Source: Deltaproteobacteria bacterium
GTDB lineage: Bacteria; Desulfobacterota; Deferrimicrobia; Deferrimicrobiales; Deferrimicrobiaceae
Direction: 5' to 3'
Assembly (NCBI GenBank): GCA_021802685.1
Contig: JAJZRM010000001.1
Coordinates: 1-49,200, forward strand
DNA length: 49,200 bases
Below, piece after piece: positions 10,325 to 18,852 of the stretch. Position 1 is the first letter of the stretch, and every line of letters begins with the position of its first letter. Position numbers and translations under genes: made by a program. Below the pieces are notes generated by a model that did not search any database, had not been told where the DNA came from, and saw only the letters and a list, made by a program, of their open reading frames with translations.

Positions 10325-11011
10325 TTAGGCGGTATCGGCCAGCGACAGGACCGCAACCAGCGCTGCGGCGACCAACTTTGCCTGCAGGCGGAGCCCGCGC
10401 GCGACGTGGTGGGGTTTTGCCGCCCCGGTTACCACCAGGAGGTCGCCGATGTTCCGCTTCCTCACCTTTTGCTGCGCCAACACGGCCTCCAGCTGCTCCC
10501 GGCTGATCTGGCCGGCGGCGACCAGAATCTCGCCGAGGCGAAGCCGCTCTGAGGCGGGCAGCGCACCGCCCTGCGCCTGCTGAAACGCCAACACGGCATT
10601 CATCTGCCTCTTCGTCAGAAGGCAGCGGCGGACCATGATCGCTCCCAGCAGCTCCCCGGTCTCGCGCTGCTCCTGCAACGCCGCGTTTAGCTGCTCCGAA
10701 GTAATCCGCCGTGCCGACAGAAGCAACTCGCCCAGGCGCCGTCGCACCCCCGCCGCCGCCCGGACGGCACTGTCGAGCGATGCCAACTCGCTCTGGACGG
10801 CGACGACAACGGCTATCTCCGCCGGATCCGCAAGTCCAAGGCGCATCACCACGTCTCCCAGCCGCTCACCGGTTCGGTTCCGTTCCGCGAGCGCCAGCTC
10901 GAGGTCCTCGCGGGAAATGAACCCGCCGTCCAACAGAACCTGTCCCATCAGCCTGTGCGCGGGACGGTTCGGCGGCGGGGGTTCGTGACCTGTCCCGTTG
11001 CCTCCCATCAA
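10325..11011 (-). CDS. Stand-alone MshEN/T2SSE_N repeat protein (three tandem modules, hydrophobic C-tail)
   Basis: 228 aa. Six copies of the 24-residue RLGxxLLxxGxIxxxxLxxxLxxQ-type motif, arranged as three pairs with 5-residue spacers. GGGAGGA RBS lies upstream of TTG 11011 / ATG 11008. Confidence 0.72.
   Translation of the reverse strand: MMGGNGTGHEPPPPNRPAHRLMGQVLLDGGFISREDLELALAERNRTGERLGDVVMRLGLADPAEIAVVVAVQSELASLDSAVRAAAGVRRRLGELLLSARRITSEQLNAALQEQRETGELLGAIMVRRCLLTKRQMNAVLAFQQAQGGALPASERLRLGEILVAAGQISREQLEAVLAQQKVRKRNIGDLLVVTGAAKPHHVARGLRLQAKLVAAALVAVLSLADTA
10382..10951 (-). repeat. Intragenic array of six 24-codon MshEN-type motifs (modules at 10793-10951, 10580-10738, 10382-10540)
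   Basis: Motif positions: aa21-44 / 50-73, aa92-115 / 121-144, aa158-181 / 187-210. The spacers are NRTGE, RETGE and KVRKR. Confidence 0.75.
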
Positions 11012-11173
11012 CGCATCTTCCTCCCTTCCGCGAACTATCGGCAGGGAGACGCCGGAGTTTCATCTTCTCATATCCGTGCAACGGGTTAGGCGGTCGCACG
11101 CGCAATTTCCCGGCGTCGGAGGAGAGAATAGCGGTCATTCGTGGATCGGTAACATATCGAAATTGTTGCATCC

Positions 11174-11202
11174 TTTACCTTGTTCCGTCATTCACCTATA
11201 AT
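11174..11202 (+). promoter_or_regulatory. Putative sigma70-type promoter: TTTACC-N17-TATAAT, ending 8 nt before the maf start codon
   Basis: TATAAT at 11197-11202 and TTTACC at 11174-11179. There is no Shine-Dalgarno between it and GTG 11211. Confidence 0.35.
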
Positions 11203-11210
11203 GCAGTTCC

Positions 11211-11840
11211 GTGAACCCGACGGCCCCCTTGATCCTCGCCTCCGAATCCCCCCGCCGGCGGGAGCTTCTCGCCGCGGTGGGCGTTCCGTTCCGCGTGATT
11301 CCGTCGGGGGTCGACGAAACCCCGTTTCCCGGGGAGCCGCCGGGTCGTTTCGCCCGCCGGGCCGCGTTGGACAAGGGGATGGAGGTTGCGGGGAAACACG
11401 CGTCCTCCCACGTCCTCTCCGCGGACACGATCGTGGTGGCCGACGGGAAGATCCTCGGGAAGCCGAGGGACCGGGGGGAGGCACGAAGGATGCTCTCCCT
11501 TTTGGCGGGGAGGGAGCACAAGGTCTACACGTCCGTTTGCCTCCTGTGCGAGGCGAGAGGGTACCGGGACCTGGGGACGGAAGTGACCCGCGTCCGGTTC
11601 CGCGCTCTCACGCGAAAGGAGGTCGCGGCGTATGTCCGCACGGGGGAGTGCGACGACAAGGCGGGCGCCTACGCGGCGCAGGGAGCGGGGATGCTCCTCA
11701 TCGACCGGGTCTCCGGGTCGTTCACGAACGTGATCGGCCTGCCGATGACCCGGGTCGTCGGGATGTTTCTGCGGGCGGGCCTGATCGAAGTTTCCTCCGC
11801 CGGGCCGCGCTGCTACGCATTCGCCGGAGGAAAGGGATGA
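11211..11840 (+). CDS. maf: Maf-like nucleoside triphosphate pyrophosphatase (septum formation protein Maf)
   Basis: APLILASESPRRRELLAAVGVPF..., ...KAGAYAAQGAGMLLIDRVSGSFTNVIGLP. GTG start. Confidence 0.88.
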   Translation: MNPTAPLILASESPRRRELLAAVGVPFRVIPSGVDETPFPGEPPGRFARRAALDKGMEVAGKHASSHVLSADTIVVADGKILGKPRDRGEARRMLSLLAGREHKVYTSVCLLCEARGYRDLGTEVTRVRFRALTRKEVAAYVRTGECDDKAGAYAAQGAGMLLIDRVSGSFTNVIGLPMTRVVGMFLRAGLIEVSSAGPRCYAFAGGKG

Positions 11841-12541
11841 ACGCCGGGATACCGCCGATTGCCGAGCGCATCGGCCGGGTCCTCGACCGGATCGCCCGGG
11901 CGGAGCGGCGGTCGGGCCGTCCGGCGGGCTCGGTGAAACTGGTGGCCGTTTCCAAGACGCAGCCGCTTTCCCTGGTCCTCGAGGCGCACGCCTCCGGGCT
12001 GTCCGTCTTCGGCGAGAACTACGTGCGGGAGGCGTCGGAGAAGATTCCGGGGCTTCCGGATGCCGAATGGCACATGATCGGCAAGCTCCAGGGGAACAAG
12101 GTCCGCAAGGCCGTTTCCCTGTTCTCCTGGATCCAGACGGCGGACTCGGTGAAGCGTCTCGCGGAGATCTCCCGGTGCGCGGTGGAGGCGGGGAAGGTCC
12201 TCCCGGCGCTGCTGGAAGTCAACGTCGGCGCCGAGGAGAGCAAGGCGGGAATCCCGCCGGAGGCGCTCCGGGAGGCGGTCGAGTTCTCCCTGGGGCTCCC
12301 CGGCGTCCGGGTGTCCGGCCTGATGGCGATCCCTCCGTACGGCGCGGACCCCGAGGAGAGCCGGCCGTATTTCGTCCGGCTGCGGGAGCTGCGGGAGAGG
12401 CTGTCGCGGGAGGTCCCCGGGGCGGAGCTGCGGGAACTGTCGATGGGGATGTCGGGAGACTTCGAGGCGGCGATCGAGGAAGGGGCCACGATGGTGCGCG
12501 TCGGGACCGCGATCTTCGGAGCCCGCGGGGGGAGGGGATGA
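11837..12541 (+). CDS. yggS: YggS family pyridoxal phosphate homeostasis protein
   Basis: [11 protein letters not shown]..., FGENYVREA..., [42 protein letters not shown] 11837 overlaps the maf stop (ATGA). Confidence 0.9.
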   Translation: MNAGIPPIAERIGRVLDRIARAERRSGRPAGSVKLVAVSKTQPLSLVLEAHASGLSVFGENYVREASEKIPGLPDAEWHMIGKLQGNKVRKAVSLFSWIQTADSVKRLAEISRCAVEAGKVLPALLEVNVGAEESKAGIPPEALREAVEFSLGLPGVRVSGLMAIPPYGADPEESRPYFVRLRELRERLSREVPGAELRELSMGMSGDFEAAIEEGATMVRVGTAIFGARGGRG

Positions 12542-12542
12542 C

Positions 12543-13352
12543 ATGACCGGCCTGGGGTTCATCGGAGCGGGGAACATGGGGGAAGCGATGATCCGCGGGG
12601 TGCTTTCCGCGAAGCTGCTTCCGGCGGACCGGGTGGTCGTGTGCGATCCGGCCGCCGGCCGGACCGAATCGCTGAGGCACCGGTTCGGTGTGTCCGTCGC
12701 GCCTTCCGTAGGAGAGCTTCTTGCCGCCTGCGACACCGTCGTGATCGCCTTGAAGCCGCAGGTCCTCCCGGCCGTCCTGGCGGGGATCTCCAAGGATGCC
12801 GCCCGCGGGAAAACCTTCATCTCCATCGTGGCCGGAGTCCCGGCCTCGGTGTTCGAGCGCGCGTTGGGAGAAGGCGCGAAGGTCGTGAGGACGATGCCCA
12901 ACACCCCGGTGCAGGTGGGGATGGGGAGCACGGGGATCTACTTCGCGGCGGGCGTGGATCCGGCGGCGCGGGAACGCGTCCGCGCCGTCTTCTCCTCCTT
13001 CGGCGAGGTGGCCGAGATGCCCCGGGAGGAGCTGCTCGACGTCGTGACGGCGCTGTCCGGGTCCGGACCCGCCTATGCGTTCCTGTTCCTCGAGGCGCTG
13101 GCGGACGGGGCCGTACGCGCCGGGATGGGGCGGAGCGAGGCGTACCGGCTGGCCGCCGCCACGCTGGAGGGCGCCGCCCGGATGGTCCGGGAGACGGGGA
13201 AGCATCCCGCGGAGCTGAAGGACATGGTGATGTCCCCGGGAGGGACGACCGCAGCGGGGGTCGCGGCGCTGGAGCGGGGGGCGTTCCGGGCGACGGTGAT
13301 GGACGCCGTGGCGTCCGCATGGCAGAGGTGCCGCGAATTGAGCGGCCAATAA
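12543..13352 (+). CDS. proC: Pyrroline-5-carboxylate reductase
   Basis: [17 protein letters not shown]..., VRTMPNTP..., [17 protein letters not shown]. Confidence 0.93.
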   Translation: MTGLGFIGAGNMGEAMIRGVLSAKLLPADRVVVCDPAAGRTESLRHRFGVSVAPSVGELLAACDTVVIALKPQVLPAVLAGISKDAARGKTFISIVAGVPASVFERALGEGAKVVRTMPNTPVQVGMGSTGIYFAAGVDPAARERVRAVFSSFGEVAEMPREELLDVVTALSGSGPAYAFLFLEALADGAVRAGMGRSEAYRLAAATLEGAARMVRETGKHPAELKDMVMSPGGTTAAGVAALERGAFRATVMDAVASAWQRCRELSGQ

Positions 13353-13388
13353 CTAATATGAATTGAACCACTAAGGGGGGGATTGGGT

Positions 13389-13688
13389 ATGTTCGTCGCG
13401 AAGAACCTGGTCATGGCGCTTGCGACCGTCGTCGACTACGCGCTTTGGGCGTACATGTGGGCTTTCATCATTCGCGCCGTCCTGTCATGGGTCAGCCCCG
13501 ACCCGTACAACCCGATCGTCCGGGCGCTCTACGCGATCACCGAGCCCGTCCTCTCGAACCTCCGGAGGAGGCTCCCCCTGTTCGCCGGATCCATCGATTT
13601 CGCGCCGGTCGTCGCCATTCTGATCATCGTTTTCCTGCAGCGTTTCGTCGTCCGGACCTTGTTCGACCTCGCGCTTCGGATGCCGTGA
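13389..13688 (+). CDS. yggT: YggT family membrane protein
   Basis: ...IIRAVLSWVSPDPYNPIVRALYAITEPVL...LRRRLP...IDFAPVVAILII. ATG 13389 lies 8 nt after AAGGGGGGG. The track start at 13383 is TTG. Confidence 0.8.
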   Translation: MFVAKNLVMALATVVDYALWAYMWAFIIRAVLSWVSPDPYNPIVRALYAITEPVLSNLRRRLPLFAGSIDFAPVVAILIIVFLQRFVVRTLFDLALRMP

Positions 13689-14017
13689 GGCGGACAGGGG
13701 AACCGGCCGCGACGTTCCCGGTCCGCATCGTTCCCCGGGCGGCGAAGGAGGGGGTTGCCGGTTACGAGGGAGGCGTCCTGCGGATCCGCCTGAACGCTCC
13801 CCCGGTGGAAGGGAAGGCAAACGAAGCGCTGGGCAGATTTCTGGCGAAGGCCCTGGGCGTCCCCAGGGGGAGCGTCACGCTGGTCGCCGGCGGGAAGAGC
13901 CGGAGCAAGATCGTCCGGATCGCCGGGATGACGCCGGAAGCGGTACTGGCCGCCCTCATCCCACCCGGTGGACCCAGCGGTGGCGGTCCTCGATCTCCCC
14001 GTACTGGATCCCGGTGA
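13685..14017 (+). CDS. yggU: DUF167 (YggU) family protein
   Basis: FPVRIVPRAAKEGVAGYEGGVLRIRLNAPPVEGKANEAL..FLAKALGVPRGSVTLVAGGKSRSKIVRI. In-frame GTG 13685 overlaps the yggT stop (GTGA). The C-terminal tail overlaps the 3' end of ilvE. Confidence 0.7.
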   Translation: MRRTGEPAATFPVRIVPRAAKEGVAGYEGGVLRIRLNAPPVEGKANEALGRFLAKALGVPRGSVTLVAGGKSRSKIVRIAGMTPEAVLAALIPPGGPSGGGPRSPRTGSR

Positions 14018-15029
14018 TCTCCTCGTAGAACTTCCGGGAGAGCTCCCCCACTCCGGAGTTCCCGATCCGCGCCTCCCGGCCGCGGAAGGAGAAGGAGCCC
14101 ACGGGGGAGACGACCGCCGCCGTCCCCGTTCCGAACGCCTCCGAAAGCGTTCCGTCCGCCGCGCCGCGGATCACCTCGTCGATCTCCACGGGCCGCTCCG
14201 CGACCGGGATCTTCCACTCCCGCGCCAGGGCGATGACCGAATCGCGCGTGACGCCGGGCAGGATCGACCCGGAAAGGGGCGGGGTCACGAGTTCCCCGCG
14301 GAAGACGAAGAAGATGTTCATCGTCCCGACCTCTTCCACGAACCGCCGGTGTTCCGCGTCGAGCCACAGGACCTGGTCGAACCCCTCCGCCTTCGCCTCC
14401 TTCGCCGCGAGGATGCTCGCCGCGTAGTTCGCCCCGGTCTTGGCCTCGCCCAGGCCCCCCCGCGTGGCGCGCACGTACTTTTCCTCCACGAGGATGCGGA
14501 CGGGCTCGAACCCCTTCGCGTAGTACGCGCCCACCGGTCCGGTGACGATGAAGAAGAGGTAATCCGACGACGGGTGGACGCCCAGCGCCGATTCCGTGGC
14601 GATCATCGCGGGGCGGATGTACAGCGAGGCGCCGCGCGCGCGGGGGATCCAGTCCCGGTCGATCCGCACGAGCTCCCGGATGGCGTCGAGCTGGGTTTCC
14701 ACGGGGACCGCCGGCATGCAAAGGCGGGCCGCGGAGCGGTTCATCCGTTCCGCGTTCCGGTCCGGGCGGAAGAGGCAGATGCCGCCGTCCTGGGCGTAGT
14801 ACGCCTTCAGCCCCTCGAAGATCTCCTGCGCGTAGTGGAGGACGACCGCGGTGGGAAGGAGTTCGATCGGTCCGTACGGGACGATCCGCGCGTTGCGCCA
14901 CCCCCTCCCTTCCTCGTACTCCATCAGGAACATGTGGTCCGAGAAGATCTTTCCGAATTCCAGCGCTTCGTCTCTTCCCGGTTTTCGGCGCCGGCGGTCC
15001 GGCCGCGCCTCCGTGGTCGTGATTTTCAT
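13956..15029 (-). CDS. ilvE: Branched-chain amino acid aminotransferase (fold type IV)
   Basis: FGKIFSDHMF...LHYAQEIFEGLKAY..., RGGLGEAKTGANYAASI, GTMNIFFV..., GVTRDSV. Confidence 0.92.
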   Translation of the reverse strand: MKITTTEARPDRRRRKPGRDEALEFGKIFSDHMFLMEYEEGRGWRNARIVPYGPIELLPTAVVLHYAQEIFEGLKAYYAQDGGICLFRPDRNAERMNRSAARLCMPAVPVETQLDAIRELVRIDRDWIPRARGASLYIRPAMIATESALGVHPSSDYLFFIVTGPVGAYYAKGFEPVRILVEEKYVRATRGGLGEAKTGANYAASILAAKEAKAEGFDQVLWLDAEHRRFVEEVGTMNIFFVFRGELVTPPLSGSILPGVTRDSVIALAREWKIPVAERPVEIDEVIRGAADGTLSEAFGTGTAAVVSPVGSFSFRGREARIGNSGVGELSRKFYEEITGIQYGEIEDRHRWVHRVG

Positions 15030-15128
15030 GGTGAATAGTTATATCGCAATCCCGCCGTTGCGGGAAGCGGTGGTGTAAGATGATGCGGTAACGCACATCC
15101 GCCCGGGTTCACCGGAAAGGAGCAGGCG

Positions 15129-15818
15129 ATGAGATATCTGGCGGCGGCCGCATGTGCCGCGCTCGCGTTGTGCGGGGTTGCGCAGGCCGCGGATGCCCCG
15201 GCGTTCCAGGGGGAAAAGGAGAAGCTCGGCTACAGCATCGGCATGGACATCGGGGCCACTCTCAAGCGCCAGTCCGTCGAGGTGGACGTGGATTCCTTGA
15301 CGAAGGGGTTGAAGGACGCATACACCGGCGGAAAGACCCTTCTCACGGAGGAGGAGTCGCGCCAGGCGATCCAGGCATTCCAGCAGCGAATGATGGAAAA
15401 ACAGGCGGAGGCCATGAAAGTGCAGGCGGAGAAGAACAAGTCGGAAGGCGAGAAATTCCTTGCCGAGAACGGGAAAAAGGAGGGGGTGAAGACCCTTCCG
15501 AGCGGATTGCAGTACCAGGTGATCGCGGAAGGCAACGGGAAGTCTCCCAAGACGACCGACACGGTGACCACGCATTACAGGGGCACGCTGGTCGACGGCA
15601 AGGAGTTCGACAGCTCCTACAAGCGCGGCGAGCCCGCCACGTTCCCCGTTTCCGGGGTCATCGCGGGATGGACCGAGGCGCTCCAGCTGATGAAAGCGGG
15701 CTCCAAGTGGCGGATCTTCCTCCCGCCGTCCCTGGCGTACGGGGAACGGGGCGCCGGCAAGGACATCGGGCCGAACGCCACGCTGATCTTCGAGGTGGAG
15801 CTGATCTCTGTCCAGTGA
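15129..15818 (+). CDS. FKBP-type peptidyl-prolyl cis-trans isomerase with signal peptide (FkpA/Mip-like)
   Basis: Signal peptide MRYLAAAACAALALCGVAQA. Has an N-terminal dimerisation-helix region and the FKBP domain GLQYQVIAEGNG...HYRGTLVDGKEFDSSY...VIAGWTEAL..M..GSKWRIFLPPSLAYGERG. AAGGAG RBS 6 nt upstream. Confidence 0.88.
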   Translation: MRYLAAAACAALALCGVAQAADAPAFQGEKEKLGYSIGMDIGATLKRQSVEVDVDSLTKGLKDAYTGGKTLLTEEESRQAIQAFQQRMMEKQAEAMKVQAEKNKSEGEKFLAENGKKEGVKTLPSGLQYQVIAEGNGKSPKTTDTVTTHYRGTLVDGKEFDSSYKRGEPATFPVSGVIAGWTEALQLMKAGSKWRIFLPPSLAYGERGAGKDIGPNATLIFEVELISVQ

Positions 15819-15837
15819 CCCGTTTCCCGGGGGGGAG

Positions 15838-16626
15838 ATGGGCGGAAAAGTGATCCTGGCGCGGGAAGGGAAGATCGCGACCGTCACCCTCTCGAACCCG
15901 GCCAAGAAAAACGCGCTGAACCTCGCGCTTCTCTCCGAGCTCCGGAATGCGTTCGCGCGGCTTGCGGAAGAGGATGTCCGCTGCGTGGTGCTCCGGGGGG
16001 AGGGGACGGAATCGTTTTGCGCGGGCTACGACATCGACGCGATTCCCGCGGGCGGTTCGGGCGGCGCGCAAGTGTTGCTCCCCGACAATCCCTTCGACGA
16101 CATGATCCGGTCCCTGGAAGCGTTTCCCGTCCCCGTCATCGCCATGCTCAACGGCTTCGCGTTCGGAGGCGGCCTCGAAACGGCCGTCGCCTGCGACCTG
16201 CGGATCGCCTCGGACCAGGCGGTGTTCGGAATGCCCCCCGCGAGGTTGGGGGTCATCTACCGCCCGGCGGGGCTGATGCGGTTCGTGCGCGCGATCGGGC
16301 TCCCCGCGACGAAGGAGCTGTTCTTCACGGCCGGGAAGGTGAGCGCCCGCAGGGCGATGGAGATGAACCTCGTCAACCGGATCTGCCCGCCGTCCGCCCT
16401 GGCGCAGGCGGCCCTGGAGACGGCGCGGGAGATCGCCGGGAACGCCCCGCTTTCCGTCCGCGGCACGAAAAGGATCCTTTCCATGTGCACGGAGTTCCGG
16501 GGGCTGCCTCCGGGAGAGGCGGAAGAGGCGGAGGATCTCATCCGCCGGTGCATGGAGAGCGACGACCTGGCCGAGGGGAAGAAGGCGTTCCAGGAGAAGC
16601 GCAACCCGGTGTTCCGGGGGCGGTAA
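15838..16626 (+). CDS. Enoyl-CoA hydratase/isomerase (crotonase) family protein
   Basis: ATVTLSNPAKKNAL..., FCAGYDI..., VIAMLNGFAFGGGLETAVACDLRIA, EGKKAFQEKR. Confidence 0.88.
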   Translation: MGGKVILAREGKIATVTLSNPAKKNALNLALLSELRNAFARLAEEDVRCVVLRGEGTESFCAGYDIDAIPAGGSGGAQVLLPDNPFDDMIRSLEAFPVPVIAMLNGFAFGGGLETAVACDLRIASDQAVFGMPPARLGVIYRPAGLMRFVRAIGLPATKELFFTAGKVSARRAMEMNLVNRICPPSALAQAALETAREIAGNAPLSVRGTKRILSMCTEFRGLPPGEAEEAEDLIRRCMESDDLAEGKKAFQEKRNPVFRGR

Positions 16627-16643
16627 GTGCCGGCGAGCGGCCG

Positions 16644-17228
16644 ATGAAGACCCTTTCCCTGCTCGGGGCGGTGACGGGAATCGCTCTCTTCTCCGGCATC
16701 CGGCTCTACGCGACCGTTCTCACCGTCGGGGTGTGCCTGCGCTACGGCCTGCTGCGCCTGCCTCCGGAGCTTTCTTCCCTCGAAATCCTGTCCCACCCGT
16801 ACGTCCTGGCCGCCGCGGCCTTCTGCGCCGCCGTGGAGTTCCTGGCGGACAAGATTCCCTGGGTGGACTCCCTCTGGGATTCGATCCACGCCTTCGTGCG
16901 TCCCGCCGGGGCCGCGCTGATCGCTTTCGCCGCGGTCGGATCCCTTCCCCCCGCCGCGGAGGTCGCCATCGTCCTCCTGTGCGGGGGGGTCGCCTTCTCA
17001 TCCCACGCGGCGAAGTCGGGAGCCCGGCTGGCCGTCAACCAGAGCCCCGAACCGTTCAGCAACGTCCTGGTCAGCCTGGTCGAGGACGCCGTGGCCGTCG
17101 GTGGGGGCTACGCCGCCGTCGCGCACCCGTTTGCCGCATTGGCCGCCGTGGCCGCGTTCCTCCTCCTGTTCGCCGTTCTCGCCCGGCGCCTCATCCGGCG
17201 TTTCCGGAGGAAATCCCCGCCCGCTTGA
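16644..17228 (+). CDS. DUF4126-like integral membrane protein
   Basis: It is the 3' part of the track ORF 16017..17228, with ATG 16644. Several hydrophobic helices, and the segment AAVEFLADKIPWVDSLWDSIHAFVRPAGAAL is typical of DUF4126. Confidence 0.62.
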   Translation: MKTLSLLGAVTGIALFSGIRLYATVLTVGVCLRYGLLRLPPELSSLEILSHPYVLAAAAFCAAVEFLADKIPWVDSLWDSIHAFVRPAGAALIAFAAVGSLPPAAEVAIVLLCGGVAFSSHAAKSGARLAVNQSPEPFSNVLVSLVEDAVAVGGGYAAVAHPFAALAAVAAFLLLFAVLARRLIRRFRRKSPPA

Positions 17229-17316
17229 CGCCCCTGTCGTAAAAAGATTCCCTTTCCGCGCCCCGATCTGCAATAAAATAAAAAATTTGAATGAACCGAA
17301 GGGAGTCACGGCAGCG

Positions 17317-18828
17317 ATGACAGGAGAACGCGTCAAGAACAGGGAATTGAAGGCGAAAATCACCGACGCGGCGCGCGCGGCGGACCTGGTCAAGAACGGG
17401 TACAAGGTGGGGATGAGCGGTTTCACCGGCTCCGGGTATCCGAAGCTGGTCCCGCAGGCGCTCGCCGACCACATCCGGCGGGAGCAGGGGAACGGGGGGA
17501 AGTTCCGCATCGTCGTCATGACCGGCGCTTCCACCGGCAGCGAGCTCGACGGGGCGCTGGCGATGGTGGACGGGATCGAGATGCGCATGCCGTACAACTC
17601 CGACCCCGTCGCCCGGGGGAAGATCAACTCGGGGATGATGGAGTATTTCGACTGCCACCTGGGGTCCGTCGCCCGGAACGTCCGGTGCGGTTTTTTCGGC
17701 GAACTCGACACCGCGATCATCGAGGTGGCCGGCATCACGGAGGACGGCAGGTTCATCCCCTCCACCTCGGTGGGGAACAACCAGACGTTCATCGACTGCG
17801 CCCGGGAAGTGATCCTCGAGGTCAACTCCTACCTTCCGCCCGAACTGGAGGGGATGCACGACATCTACGAACCGTCCACGCCGCCGCACGCCCAGCCGAA
17901 CATGGTCCTCAAGCCTTCCGACCGGATCGGCATTCCCTACCTCACGTGCCCCCCGGACAAGATCCGGGCGATCGTCGAGACGAACCAACCCGACCAGACT
18001 TCGGTGCTCAAGGCGGCGGACGCGAACAGCAGGGCGATCTCCCGGCACATCCTCGATTTCTTCCGGCAGGAGGTGAAGAAGGGGCGCCTCCCGAAGAACC
18101 TTTCCCCGCTCCAGTCGGGCGTGGGGAACGTCGCCAACGCGGTGCTCTACGGGTTGCTGGACTCGGAATTCGAGGACCTGGAAGTGTACACCGAAGTCAT
18201 CCAGGACGCCATGCTGGCGCTCATCAACTCGGGGAAGATCCGCTTCGCCTCCTCGGCGGCCCTGTCCCTGTCGCCGTCGACCTTCGAAAAGTTCAAGGCG
18301 AACATCCGCTCCTACCGGGAAAAGATCCTCCTGCGGCCCCAGTCGATCAGCAACCACGTCGGGATCATCCGGCGGCTGGGCGTCATCGCGATGAACGGGT
18401 GCGTGGAGTTCGACATCTACGGCAACGTGAACTCGACCCACGTCAACGGCACCCGGATCATCAACGGGATCGGCGGCTCGGGCGACTTCGCCCGGAACGC
18501 GTTCATCTCCATCTTCACCACGTCCTCCGTGGCGGGCGGAGGAGACATCTCCTGCGTTCTCCCGATGGTGTCCCACGTCGATCATTGCGAGCACGACGTG
18601 GACGTCGTCATCACGGAGCAGGGGTTGGCCGACCTCCGGGGAACCTCCCCGAAGCAGCGCGCGGTCCGCATCATCGACCGTTGCGTCCACCCCGACTACC
18701 GGCCGATGCTGAAGGATTACTACGCGCGGGCGCTGCGCGAATCCCCGGGGAAGCACACCCCGCACCTGCTCGAGGAGGCGTTTTCCTGGCACACCCGCTT
18801 CCTGCGGACGGGATCGATGAAGGCGTAG
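17317..18828 (+). CDS. Acetyl-CoA hydrolase/transferase family protein (succinate/acetate CoA-transferase type)
   Basis: ITDAARAADLVKNGYKVGMSGFTGSGYPK..., ...INGIGGSGDFARNA..., VVITEQGLADLRG. ATG 17317 with GAAGGGAG upstream. The first 72 codons of the track ORF are rejected. Confidence 0.87.
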   Translation: MTGERVKNRELKAKITDAARAADLVKNGYKVGMSGFTGSGYPKLVPQALADHIRREQGNGGKFRIVVMTGASTGSELDGALAMVDGIEMRMPYNSDPVARGKINSGMMEYFDCHLGSVARNVRCGFFGELDTAIIEVAGITEDGRFIPSTSVGNNQTFIDCAREVILEVNSYLPPELEGMHDIYEPSTPPHAQPNMVLKPSDRIGIPYLTCPPDKIRAIVETNQPDQTSVLKAADANSRAISRHILDFFRQEVKKGRLPKNLSPLQSGVGNVANAVLYGLLDSEFEDLEVYTEVIQDAMLALINSGKIRFASSAALSLSPSTFEKFKANIRSYREKILLRPQSISNHVGIIRRLGVIAMNGCVEFDIYGNVNSTHVNGTRIINGIGGSGDFARNAFISIFTTSSVAGGGDISCVLPMVSHVDHCEHDVDVVITEQGLADLRGTSPKQRAVRIIDRCVHPDYRPMLKDYYARALRESPGKHTPHLLEEAFSWHTRFLRTGSMKA

Positions 18829-18852
18829 GGAAAGCGCGAGGGAACAGGAAGG

